Assembly: GCF_004010195.1 (NCBI RefSeq)
Contig: NW_025215139.1
Location: 28,881 to 66,469 of the forward strand
Direction: 5' to 3'
Source: Chiloscyllium plagiosum
Taxonomy: Eukaryota
Length of the DNA stretch: 37,589 bases
In this document: positions 21,740-33,798 of the stretch, one piece after another
Numbering within the stretch: the stretch's first letter is position 1
Layout of the letters: the number at the start of each line of letters is the position of its first letter
The notes under the pieces: generated by a model
Told to the model about the DNA's origin: nothing
The model's input: only the letters and a program-made list of their open reading frames with translations
Database searches by the model: none
Position numbers and translations under genes: made by a program

Positions 21740-23720
21740 ACATAAATAAGAATGTAAGAAATAGTAACCTGCGCTGTCATTCAATAAGAACATGGCTGAT
21801 CTACTCCACGGCTCAACTCCACTTTCCTGCTAACCCCTTGCATCCCTCAACTCGCTGAAATGTCACAAACCAATCCACCCACCTTTAAATACAATCAGTG
21901 ACCCAACTTCCACAACTCTCGGGGTTAGGTAATTCCAGCCATTCACTACCTTCTGAAAGAAGACATTTCTTTACATCTCAGTTTGAAATCGATATTCTTT
22001 ATTCCGTATCTACATTCCTGACTTCGAGACTCTGCCCTGGTGTGGAACCACATTCTCAACACCGACCTTGTCAAGCCTCCTCTGCATCTTGTCCGTTTCA
22101 GTAATGACACCCTCATTCATTTAAACCACAATGAATAATTGCCTCAGCATTTTTGATGTATTCGATAATTCAATCCTTTCATCCCAGGAACCAGTCTAAT
22201 GAACCAACATTTCTGCATCAACATGCTGACGTTCTGTTTCATATACAGAAACACACCACTCCGTTGTACTGCTCCTTTTTTGGGAGTTCTCTCTATTTAA
22301 TAACAGCCTGCCTTATGGTTGTCAGTGTCAAAATCAAACTCGAATGTATATCGCACTCAGCTCCCGCCGTCAGGAGCTGAGTGCAGCTCTTGTAAGCAGC
22401 TGTTGCCATCGGACTGATATTTGTGGTACTCCAGTAGATACATTTTGTTCACAAAGATCGATGAGGCCTGACTCTCCGATTTCTAAGTGTTTACCAAGTG
22501 TCATCCCATGCTAATGCATAATCCATCATACTATGAGCTTCTGTCTTGCGTAAGAACCTGTATTTAGTGATATCTTGTGGAAAATCTCTGGAAAGCCTCA
22601 TGTCTACCAGTCCCCCCTTATCAAGGCCACTTGTTACATTCTCATTGATTTTCAGAAAAACTTTGCATGATTTTACAGGCAAAATCTAGTTCGCCTTTAA
22701 CACGACAATGCTGACTCTGCGTGAAGCTTTTCTAACTGCTCTGCAGTCCCGTCCTTAATAACAGACTCGCACAGATTCACAGCAATAATGGTTAGGCTAA
22801 GTGTTTCCTGCTTTCAGTCTCGCTCATTTCTTGAAAACAGGCGCCACAATGGAGGGTCTCCAGTTTCACTGGATCACTCATTCATCCAGAATTATGGAGT
22901 ATTTCACACAGTGCCACCAGCCACTCTGTGACCACTTCTTTCAAAACCAGCTATAAATTGCTGATGACCTGTTTACCCTTGGTTTTATCTGTTTGAGAAT
23001 TACCTTGTTCCTTCTGTTAGACTCAGCTCAAGATTTTCCCTACTGTTACCATTTTGTTTATACCATTGAAATATTTACAGCACCTTCACCTGTGAGGAAC
23101 GATGTAAAATACTGGTGTAAATTATCTGTCTGCCCCCTGTATCCAGTTCCCCAGTCACAGCCTCCAAATGTCCTCAATAAACTTGCCTGACTTTCTTTAT
23201 ACCAAAGATCACACACATCTCTTGAACAATTCTTACATACATGGAAAAGCCCGTGCTGCTTGTTATTGTATTTCTTGCCAATTTGCTTGCATCACATCTT
23301 TTCTTTCCATTACTTCGCATTCTATATTCATACAGTCATATCGCATACAAACACAATCTTTGGTCCAACTTGTCCATGCTGGCCAGGTTATCCAAACTAA
23401 ACTATTCCCATCTTCTTACATTTGGCCCATATGCCTCTAAACGGCCCCCATTCACATGTTCGTCCAAATGTCTTTTACACGTTGGGACTGTACTTGCATC
23501 AGTCAGTTCCCCTGGTAGCTCATTCTATAAACACGTCACCTTCTGTGTAAAAACAGTTCCCTCTTGCTCCCTTTTAAATCTTCCCTCTTCCACCATAAAC
23601 CTATGGCTCTATGATTTAATTTTCCTATCCTGTGGAAAAGACCTCGGCGTTTCACCCTGCCCAAGACTCCCCTGATTTTGTAAATTTCTATAATGTCCTC
23701 AACCTCCTACACTCCATCTG
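21740..23720 (-). repeat. Mosaic of decayed CR1-type LINE fragments, including a HER1-like 3' end at 23330-23720
   Basis: CATGGCTGATC..CTCAACTCCACTTTCC tail; minus ORF 22491-22682 VTSGLDKGGLVDM resembles VTSRVDKGEPVDV; TTTGGTCCAACTTGTCCATGCTGGCCAG tail. Confidence 0.7.
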
Positions 23721-23989
23721 ACACTAACTTCAAGAACAAGCATTTAAAGATCAGCACTGCAAATATCAATCAATGTTAAAAGTGACAGGTAAACAACGCT
23801 CAGCCCAAGCTTCATACGGTGATTTGTTTTCTTCTTCATGTTACAATACTAAAGCAGCATGAAACTCTTACTAGTGCCAATAAGCCGTCAAACACCTTAA
23901 TTCCTGTGTCTGATGGCGGTGATCTCTACAGTGAAAATGTATCTCTGGCCAGATCTATATAATACCACATGTTCAACATTTTCCTCTTG

Positions 23990-24482
23990 GCCTCCCTATG
24001 GCCTTTTGTCGTTGTGTCTTCTTTATCTTGCACTCAATAGAGAGAACCCCTTTCCCTCATTCACATCTTAATTTAAACTCATTTTATATCATCTTCTCGT
24101 TCACCACTACTAAAAGCCTGGTTACCTTTTGCCACACCCTCGTTTCCCGCCACCTAACCCCCACCTCTGGCAAGGGACTAAAATGCCCAGTTTCCAATCC
24201 TTTTCAGTTCTGAAGAAGTGTCACACTGGACTTGAAACGCTAACTCTGTTTCTCTGTCTCTGCAGATGCTGCCAGACCTGCTGAGTTTCTCCAAAAATGA
24301 ATAGGCACACCACTAATTTTCAATTAAACAAATAACTATGGATACTAGAAATAAAAATGCATAAATTGCAGTAGAAACTGGGAGTTTTGTCGAAGGGTCA
24401 CTACATCCGAAAGATGAACTCAGCTTTCACTTCACAAGATGCAGCGAGACCTGCTTAGTTTCTTTAGCAGTTTCTGTTTTTG
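23990..24482 (+). repeat. Two Penelope pLTR fragments with hammerhead-like cores (24206-24245 and 24384-24420)
   Basis: AGTT-CTGAAGA-AGTGTCACACTGGACTT-GAAA-CGCT-AACT followed by CAGATGCTGCCAGACCTGCTGAGTTTCTCCA; second copy TTGTCGAAGGGTCACTACATCCGAAAG is more decayed. Confidence 0.7.
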
Positions 24483-24898
24483 AACATGATCCAAAGACGT
24501 GTGTCGAATCTGCTCAAACGCCCTGTCCAGCAGAGAGCGCTGTACATTGGGAAGGGAACAATAACGCAAAGTGCACAAGTTCATTGGCTCTGAAACGAAA
24601 TAAAGCTGGCATCATTGACACGACTGAGGTCTTAATCATGGTCAGGGAGAAAAACAGAGGAATAAACATTCATTTCAAACACAGAAGATGTTATGACGGG
24701 AAAGAAAATGAGTCAGATTAATATTTTAAAGTAACGTAACAAATTCGAGGCGTGACATCAGGAAGAGGCCCTCAGCAGAATGAGAATGTGAAACTGGAAG
24801 TGTTAGTACATCAGAAACCAGGTTAGGTCACTGAGTACAGGGCTGATGGGTGAATGGGTCTCGGTGTGAACTGGGGGAAAGTCAGTAGAATTAATTTC

Positions 24899-25249
24899 GG
24901 CGGCACAGTGGCAATGGACCCTGACAACATTCCTGCAATAGGTGGCACAGTGGTTAGCACTGCTGCCTCGCAGTGCCAGAGGCCCGGGTTCAATTCCCGC
25001 CTCAGGTGACTGACTGTGTGGAGTTTGCACATTGTCCCCGTGTCTGCGTGGGTTCCTCCGGGTGCTCCAGTTTCGTCCCAAAGTCCAAAAATGTGCAGGT
25101 TAGGTGAATTGGCCATGCTAAATTTCCTGTAGCGTTAGGTGCAGGGGTAAATATAGGGAAATGGGTCTGGGTGGGTTGCGCTTCGACGGGTCGGTGTGGA
25201 CTTGTTGGGCCAAAGCGCCTGTTTCCATACTCTAAGTAATCTAAACTAA
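24899..25249 (+). mobile_element. Young HE1-type V-SINE with a duplicated 5' start and a captured 34-nt LINE piece
   Basis: GGCGGCACAGTGGCA, foreign insert, then GGTGGCACAGTGGTTAGCAC; GGTTCAATTCCC; V-domain; TAAGTAATCTAAACTAA tail. Confidence 0.92.
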
Positions 25250-25291
25250 TATTGCAGCTCACACTGGGTTATCATGTGATGCTGTAGATCA

Positions 25292-27286
25292 CAGCAGCAG
25301 CCGCAGCAGAATTGCATTCAATCACAATCCATAACTATACCCCCAGGATAATCTATCACTCTACCATTATCATCAATCCGACTGATGGTTCAGTGCCGAG
25401 TTTGGGTGAACATCAAGCCACATCCAGTCATCAATGTCGATGGACTAATAAACAACTTACAGGGGGAGAGGACTCCACAAATATCACCAGGCCTGTACAT
25501 CAGTGTAAAAGACAAGGATGCAGTATCCGCACCATCCTGAGCCAGAAGTGTTGAGTCAATAATGATACGAAAGTCGGAGGAGTTTATGATACGAAAGTCG
25601 GAGGAGTTGTTGACAGTGAGGAAGCATGTGGCAGGTTACAGCAGGATATAGAGAAGCGACACCATTCATGCAATAGGAATCAATATTGTACTGCACAACA
25701 AGCCGTGTCGCTGGGGAAGCTGATTCAATCCAGCTCCAACTCTGACATCTGCCTGGCCACGTGAAAAGTTCCTCAACAATATCCAGTCCCAAAACAAGGG
25801 AATGACTAGAGTCTGACGATTTACCACGCCCTCGGTCCCGTCGCGATCTTCGCATTGGTGGGAGTTCTTTTTGACAGAGTTGTCATGCAGCACAGAAATA
25901 ATGTGCTCACTGTGGTTTCCGATAGGTCCCCATGTGGAGATGGTACTGTTGTGCAAATGTCACTGGATTACTGATCCAGACCAGGATAATGCTCTGGCAG
26001 CTGGTGGAAGTTAAAAACAATTAACAAAATATCGAGACATAAATCTCGTGCCAGTAATATTGACCTTGAATCTAATGTCCATTGTAAACATCTGTCCCTT
26101 CCCCAATGTACTTTCAGGAAGTGAATCTCCCGTGCTTCCTGGTCTGTCCTACAAGTGTCTCCAGACACACAGACATGTGATAAACTCTACAATGGTCTCT
26201 GAAACGGCCAAGCAAGACACTCAATTGTATCAAATTACTGTGAGTTCTTAAAGGATAAAACCAGACAGAACACCCAGCAGCAGCCGCAGCAGAATTGCAT
26301 TCAATCACAATCCATAACTATTCCCCCAGGATAATCTATCACTCTACAATTATCATCAATCCGACTGATGGTTCAGTGCCGAGTTTGGGTGAACATAAAG
26401 CCACATCCAGTCATCAATGTCGATGGACTAATAAACAACTTACAGGGGGAGAGGACTCCACAAATATCACCAGCCCTGTACATCAGTGTAAAAGACAAAG
26501 ATGCAGTATCCGCACAATCCTGAGCCAGACGTGTTGAGTCAATAATCCACCTCACCCTCCTCATGATGCCCACAGAATCACAGATGCCAGTCTTCAACCA
26601 ATTCGATTCGCTGCACGTGACATGAAGAAACAGCTGAACACAGTAGGTATGAAATTGGCAATGGACCCTGACACCATTCATGCAATAGGAATCAAGATTG
26701 TACTGCACAACAAGCCATGTCGCTGGGGAAGCTGATTCAATCCGGCTCCACCTCTGACATCTGCCTGGCCACGTGAAAAGTTCCTCAACGATATCCAGTC
26801 CCAAAACAAGGGAATGACTAGAGTCTGACGATTTACCACGCCCTCGGTCCCGTCGCGATCTTCACATTGGTGGGAGTTCTTTTTGACAGAGTTGTCATGC
26901 AGCACAGAAATAATGTGCTCACTGTGGTTTCCGATAGGTGCCCATGTGGAGATGGTACTGATGTGCAAATGTCACTGGATTACTGATCCAGACCAGGATA
27001 ATGCTCTGGCAGCTGGTGGAAGTTAAAAACAATTAACAAAATATCGAGACATGAAATCTGGTGCCAGTAATATTGAGCTTGAATCTAATATCCATTGTAA
27101 ACATCTGTCCCTTCCCCAATGTACTTTCAGGAAGTGAATCTCCCGTGCTTCCTGATCTGGCCTACAAGTGTCCCCAGACACACAGACATGTGATAAACTC
27201 TACAATGGTCGCTGAAACGGCCAAGCCAGACACTCAATTGTATCAAATTGCTGTGGGTTCTTAAAGGATAAAACTAGACAGAACAC
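25292..27286 (+). repeat. Recent tandem duplication of about 1 kb (25292-26274 and 26275-27286) made of decayed LINE plus SacSINE1-like head
   Basis: Both units start CAGCAGCAGCCGCAGCAGAATTGCATTCAATCAC and end GGATAAAAC(C/T)AGACAGAACAC; near-identical spurious ORFs 983 nt apart (25312 and 26295). Confidence 0.95.
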
Positions 27287-27589
27287 TGGCAACGAGCTTT
27301 GGAGAAGGGAACGGGAAACACAGTCCTTTCAATCAGCCGGATGCTGCCTTCCTATTGTTTAAGAGCATGTGACAACAATGACAGAACTTTCCCGCACACT
27401 ACACAGCAACATCATGAAGGGAGCAGGGCATTAGACAATTTTAGCTTCCCCTGTTCTAGCTCATGGAGACAAGTTCATTTTTATAACCCGAGTTAATGCA
27501 TTCTTCAGAAACTCATCAATTCCTGTCTTATGCTGCTCAATGATTGACCGTCCAACCCATACAATCACATAAGCACACTCTGTACTGTC

Positions 27590-29780
27590 ATAAATACAGC
27601 ACGACCTACATTAGTCCCACGTTCCGATACGAGGCACATAGCCATGTATGCTACAGCACTTCAAGGGCACGACCATGTATTTACTAACGGTTGTGAGGTT
27701 ACCTGTGCCAACTGCCCTCTCAGGAAGTGCATTCCTGACCCCAACAGCCTCTGGATAAAAACCAATCCTCAAATCCTCACTAAACATCAAAGGTAAATCT
27801 CCATTGCACCCCCTCCAGTGCAATCACATACTTCCTGTAATGTGGCTTCCAAAACTGTACATAGTATTCCATTTGGCCTAACCAAAGTTCCACATAGCTC
27901 TTATAATCTGTGTCTTCATGAATAACGGCTATGTTTATGGTCGGTATGCTTTGTCAACTTGTGCATTAACCTGTTTAATCACATTCAGGGATATGTGGAG
28001 AAGCACCTTCTGAGCTTCCTATTGTGCTGTTAGTCATTGAGTCCTCCCCTGTCTGGTTCCTTCTTCCAAAGTACATCACCTCATATTTATCAGGCTTACA
28101 TTCCATCGGCCATTGATCCACCCATTGATCATTCCATCTGTATCTTCCTGTAATATAAGGCCTTCCTCCTTACTGCCAACCAACCAGCCAAACTTTGTGT
28201 CAAACGCAAAATGATTTATTACTCACACCAACACCTCCATATTCACAGCCGCATCATTTATGAATACTACAAATAATAAGGTTAAAAATCATACAACACC
28301 ACGTTACAATTCAACAGTTTTATACCGATGCTTTAGCCTTCGACGCACTGCTTCTTCATCACGTGATTATGCTTTTCGAAAGATCGTGCCTCCAAATAAA
28401 CTGTTGGACTTTCATCTAGTGTTCTGCAATTTTTAAACTTTGCCCAAGCCATTCCAGCACTGGCATCTCCGAATCACAAATAATATGGGATACAGCATTG
28501 ATCCCTGTGGTACACGATTGGAGACTGGTCTCCAGTCAAACAAACAGACTTCTACCAGCAGACCTTCTGTCTCCTACCACTAAGTTAATTTGGATGTAAC
28601 TGGGCAAGTCACTAATGAGTCCTACCTATTCCCTGGTTATTCTGTTCCACTTGACATACCAGTAGAATATCTCGGGATTCTCCCTAATCTTGTCCTGCCA
28701 GCATGCTTCCATGTCGCTGTGTTAGTCAGTCCCCTTCAAATGAAGAATTGCTTTCTTATTGCAGTCTGAAATGGTCTATCCTTTAGTAGCCATTATTTGC
28801 CTTAAATGTAGAGGAGGCAGCCAGAGAAAAATCCTGTTTATTTCCACCTTGTCATTTGTTTAGTGACTTCTCTAAATTTCACTATGATCATCTCTAATTC
28901 TTTGAAACACTAAAGAACACAGGCCGAGTTTCCACTTCAGGCAATCTCGCCATCTGAGGGATTAATCTGGAGAATGTCCATTGCACATCCTCGGTGGTCA
29001 GTATATTCTTTCTCAGATTGGGTCACCAACACTGGACTCAATACTCTATGTACAGTTTCATTAGCAAGCTGTGAAACTGCTTCAGCATGACCTTCCAACT
29101 ATGTTCTGATTCTCTTAACTGAAGGCGAACCTGACTTTAACTTTCCACTTCTATACATTCCTCCAATTACCATTAACATTACTTTATTTATGAATTCACT
29201 GGATGAGTTCTTAAAAAAAGCCTTATGAAAATCGAAATATGCAATTTCTATTTTGTAATAAACAAGTTCAAATCATTCTGAAGTTTTTCAAGTATGAAGA
29301 CTCTGTCAGACTCTACCAGTGTATACTGATTCTCTCCAATGTTGCTGTTAATTTCTAAGTATCCAATATCTGATCCTATATAATATGTTCCATCAGTTTC
29401 GCTACAGATGTCACGTTAATTGGTCTGCAGTTCTCCACACTATCTCCTCTTCCCTTTGCAGATGCTTGAATCCCTTCCATTCATCTACAATGCTTGGAAC
29501 ACATTTACTAACTTCCAGCCTCTGCAGAATATTCAGGAAAATAAAACAGTCAGCGACAGCACAATTAATGCGTCTATTGCTGATTTATTTTGATGCAAAG
29601 TACAACTGGCTCATCAGATTTAGCAATGCTCAAATCAGTTACAATACTACTATGCTAGCCTTCAACTGCTACCTTGTTACTGATATGAATTGACTTTATG
29701 TCTTTAGTTCCACAAGTTCCATGTGATTATTTTGTTTACTTTGCAACACAGATTGTAGATTTATGTAGTCTTTGTGTTCT
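27590..29780 (-). repeat. Decayed CR1-type LINE fragments
   Basis: HER1-like tail at 27590-27800; antisense RT motifs (CAGCATTGATCCCTGTGGTACAC = GVPQGSML; CAAACTTTGTGTCAAACGCAAA resembles FADDTKF). Confidence 0.7.
28281..28475. mobile_element. Short palindromic Penelope-derived insert (second family) with eroded hammerhead core
   Basis: GTTAAAAATCATACAACACCACGTTACAATTCAACAGTTT is inverted as AAACTGTTGGACTTTCATCTAGTGTTCTGCAATTTTTAAAC; flanked by ACAAATAATA at 28269-28278 and 28476-28485. Confidence 0.7.
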
Positions 29781-29789
29781 TCTTTCACA

Positions 29790-30046
29790 GAATCATTAAA
29801 TGACTACAGTGTGGAAAAGGCCCAAAACGTCCACCCCGCCCCTCCGAAGAGGAACCACTCAGACCCATTCCCCTCTGATTGTACACTTTGCGAAGTATGC
29901 ACCTAATCTACACATCCCTGGACACTTTTGGAAAATAAGCATTTCCAATTCAGCTAACCTGTAAATCTTTGAACTGTGGGAGGAAGCCAGAGCACCCAGA
30001 GGAAACTCATGCAGACACGGGGAGAATATGAAAACTCCACACAAAC
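29790..30046 (-). mobile_element. 5'-truncated HE1-type V-SINE
   Basis: TACAGTGTGGAAAAGGCCC...GAACTGTGGGAGGAAGCCAGAGCACCCAGAGGAAACTCATGCAGACACGGGGAGAAT. Confidence 0.85.
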
Positions 30047-30214
30047 AAATTTCTGAGAATTCTCCGGTTTGCACAATGTGTAGAATTCTTCTGAACTCAC
30101 TTCCTACGATCAATATAATCTTTAATTTATTATGTTAACCTTCATTACTTGCCCTTTCTTCGGTGATTCTACCTTAAAGAAACAGACATATTTTTCAGAC
30201 ATTGCAGTATTTCT

Positions 30215-31787
30215 GTAGATCTCCTGGTCCTGATCAGGTGTTTCCAAGAACACAGCAAGAGGCGAGAGAAGATATTGCGGGGGCCCTGGCTGATCTTTTT
30301 GCATCATCGCTGTCCACGCGGGAGGTCCCGGAATACTGGAGAGTAGTGAATATTGTGCCCTTGTTCAAGTAGTGCTTGTGAAGAAGAACCTGTGAACTAT
30401 AGACCAGTTAGCTTAACAACTGTGACATGTAAGTTCCTTGAGAAGGTTCTGCGAGATAACATATGCTTGCATTTGAATAGACACGGTTTCATAAGGAGCA
30501 GTCAGCACTGCTTTGTGCAAAGGATATCATGGCTCACAATTCTTTAGCGTTCTTTTGAGGAGGTGACCTGGAATATTGATGACAGTATGGTGGTAGACGC
30601 AGTCCATCTAGGATTCAGAAAGGCCTTTGATAAGGTTCCACATGATAGACTGTTCTGAAAGGTTCGATAGCATGGAATCCAGGGGGAGCTGGCAAATTGG
30701 ATACTCAATTTCCTTGATGGTCGAAAGCACAGGCTAATACTGGAAGGATGCTTGCTGGACCTGAAGCCTGTGACCAGTGGAGTGTCTCAGGAGTCTTTGC
30801 TGGGCCTATTACTGTTTGTTATCTATATCAATGATTTGGATGAGAATGTAGAATGCATGATTGGTAATTATGCTGATGACAATAAGATAGGCAGTACTGT
30901 GAACAGTGAGAAAGGTTATCAGAAATTGCAACATGATATTTTTGTTCAGATGGGGAAGTAGGCCGAGAAATGGCAAATGGAGATTAATATAGATATATGT
31001 GGGGTGTTGCATTTTGGAAAGTCAAATCCAGGTCGAAGTTTCGTGGTGAATGTTAGACCCTGAAGGAGTGCAGTGGAACAGAGGGACCTTGGAGTTCAGG
31101 TCCGTGTTTCTCTGACAGTAGTTGCACGTAGACAGGGCAGTGAAAAAGGCTTTTGGCATACTGGCCTTCATCAGTCAGGGCACTGAGTATAGAAGTTGAC
31201 GAGTTATATTGCAGTTGGACAGGACGCTGGTGAGGCATGCACTTGGAGTATTGTGTTCGGTTGAGTTTACTTTGCCATAGGAAAAATGTGATTAAACTGG
31301 AAAGAGGACAGAAGAAATGTACACTGATGTTGCCAGTACTCAATGGGCTGAGTTGTAGGGAGAGTTTGGACCGACCAGAACATTTTCCTTTGACTGAAAG
31401 AAACTGAGGGGAAATCGTATAGAATTGTATAAGAACATGAGATGCGTGGATAAGGTGAATGCACTCATTCTTTTTCCCAGTTTTGGGAATCAAAGACTAG
31501 ACGACATCAGGTTAGAGGTGAAAGAATAAAAATGATCCTGAGTGCCAACTTTTTTACGCAGAGGTTGGTAGACATATGGAATGAGCAGACAGCAGTTTGG
31601 TTGAGGCACGTACATTAACAACATTCAAAAAGCTTTTAGACAAATACGCGGATAGGGAAGGTTTAGAAGAATAAGGGCAAGGGCAGGGAAATGGAATTAG
31701 CAGGATGGGCATTTTGGTCGGCACGGACCACTTTGGTCCAAAGGGCCTGTATCCATGCTGCAGGACTCCATGATTCTATGACTCTAA
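30215..31787 (+). mobile_element. 5'-truncated CR1/HER1 LINE (RT domain to 3' tail), disrupted
   Basis: SPGPDQ; PVNYRPVSLT; SQHCFVQ; LGFRKAFDKVPH; TSGVSQESLLGLLLFVIYINDLD; YADD near 30868; tail GGGCCTGTATCCATGCTG...CATGATTCTATGACTCTA. Confidence 0.92.
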
Positions 31788-32254
31788 CAACCATTGCGTG
31801 TCTACCACTTCATGCTCAAATGTTCTATATTGTATGCAGGCGCCGTGTAAAATACAACATATTAATGTTTCTAGTCCTTAGAGCAAGGTTACTAATGAGT
31901 CCTTCTGACCACACATAACCAAATCCAAAATTATCTGCTCTCTTGCTTGAGTCACAACATACTCTTCAACCAATCTGTTATACGCTTATGGAATTTATTT
32001 TTCACAACATTAGCAGTCACTTAGTTAATGCAGTTTAGATGCAATTTGAGATCATGCAATAATACTGCAGCACCCACAATATTTGCATCTCTAATTGCCA
32101 GAGTATACAATGCACAGAATTTGCACGAGAGCATTGGTTTTGATACATAATACGCCAATGCTTGCTTCTCCTTCCTATTTGTAAGATCCACCCAAACTGA
32201 TTCTGTGTAATATGAGGGACAGAGTCTGCGGCGTTATTAGTGATAGACTTGGAC

Positions 32255-32850
32255 AATACATTCGGGGAGGGTCACCTCGACGCTGACATGATCTGAAGAA
32301 ATGACCAGCAGCACAGGACAAGCGTCAATATCCTCTCCACTCTCTCAGGTAAACTGTCACCGTACTCTCTCTGCGCCCTCACACTCACTATCTATTATAT
32401 CACCTACCCCCTAACAAGGCTCACACTTTTATCTCCAAATAAGGCTCACGCACTACCACTCTCACTATTGAATTCAGCACCCTCCCCACCCCACCCCCAC
32501 TCCGCGCACTCTCTCTCCCTCCACTATACTCACAACACTAATAACCCTGCATGGATACAACACTGTGGACTGACTCCCTCCGGACACCTCACCATTCCCC
32601 CTCCCCCTCCACTAACAGCAGGGCCACACACTCCCACAATCAGTTCCTCCCCCCCCTTTCTCCGTTTCCAGCAGAAACGGATTGTAATAGGAGAGAAAGG
32701 ACCAGGCCAGATTGTGGAGGACCCGATATCTGATCCGTCCTCCAACCACCCCCCTCCCCCCGCCATGTGGGAAGGACCCTGGTATGAGCCGGAGTGGACC
32801 GTGACGTATCGTATGGAGATTCCGTGATATCCATGCCCCGCCAACTGAGT
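32255..32850 (+). pseudogene. Possible relic of a Harbinger-type Myb/SANT-like DNA-binding gene with a GT-AG intron (32349-32671)
   Basis: CAG|GTAAAC donor and CCCCTTTCTCCGTTTCCAG| acceptor; spliced frame RNDQQHRTSVNILSTLS|AETDCNRRERTRPDCGGPDI resembles QCRKRVNDL...HNRRER.TGGG.PDI; locally GC-rich. Confidence 0.45.
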
Positions 32851-32944
32851 AAAAAAACAATGTTCCGTGAAGGGCAATTTTCACTTTAACCACTCTGTCT
32901 GTTCTCATAATTTTCTCCCTCCCAAAACAACAAATATCTCATTG

Positions 32945-33210
32945 CAGAGAGATACAGACACAAAAATATTCAGAGACATGTGTAAACATGCTAATATACT
33001 GACACTCACAGTACTTACACGAAGATAGAACCGCACACAAGTAGTAGCATACGGAGACATAGACAGTCGCACACAAATAGACACAAGCACAAGTAAAACG
33101 CACAGGCTAATACGCAGATGAACTGATGTCAGCACATAAATACACAAACACACAGACACATGAACAAACACACACAAGTACACATATGGACGCACAGAGA
33201 CACAGACACT
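32945..33210. repeat. Degenerate (CA)-rich low-complexity tract
   Basis: ACACA/AGACA-rich; gives the spurious V/C/S-rich minus ORF 32905-33255. Confidence 0.85.
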
Positions 33211-33798
33211 AGTGCTTATAATACGGCGATGGATAGGTTTTTGTTGAATAAGCATGTCAAGGGTTACAGAGAGTAGTCAGGAGAATGATGTTGAGAAATC
33301 TCTAAGCCAGTATTAAATGGCATTCAGAGTCGATGGACCGAATGTCCTAATTCTGCGTTTTTAATGCTCGTGTGGTATCATGCTATCAGTTATTCCCTTC
33401 CTGGGACAGGAGCAGAGAATAAGTTTAATACATATTTGATTGGAAAGGATTAGTGGTCCTATTAGACAGGTTTAGAGGGCTGAATGGTTTATGTCCATGC
33501 CGAATTATTCTGTCCTTGAGTTTCAAAAGAGGTGGTGATTTCATGTTAGGTTAACACAGTTTAAAATAACAGGTCCCACATTGAAATAAGGTTGCCCCTT
33601 TCATTTTGGTGTTGTACTATTTATAGGGTCCTCATCCTCAGAGAGCAGTGAAGACTCGGTTTTTGAAGATATTAAGGCTGAGCTCGACTGATCTTTGCTG
33701 GACAGGAGAGTCAATATTTATTGGAAACAGACAGGAGATGGATGGTCAAACACAATCGGATCAGTCACGAGCATTCTGACTGGTGCCACCGAATGCCT

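Noticed and set aside
32905..33255. Hydrophobic 116-aa ORF resembling a membrane protein
   Set aside because: Translation of a (TG)-rich low-complexity tract.
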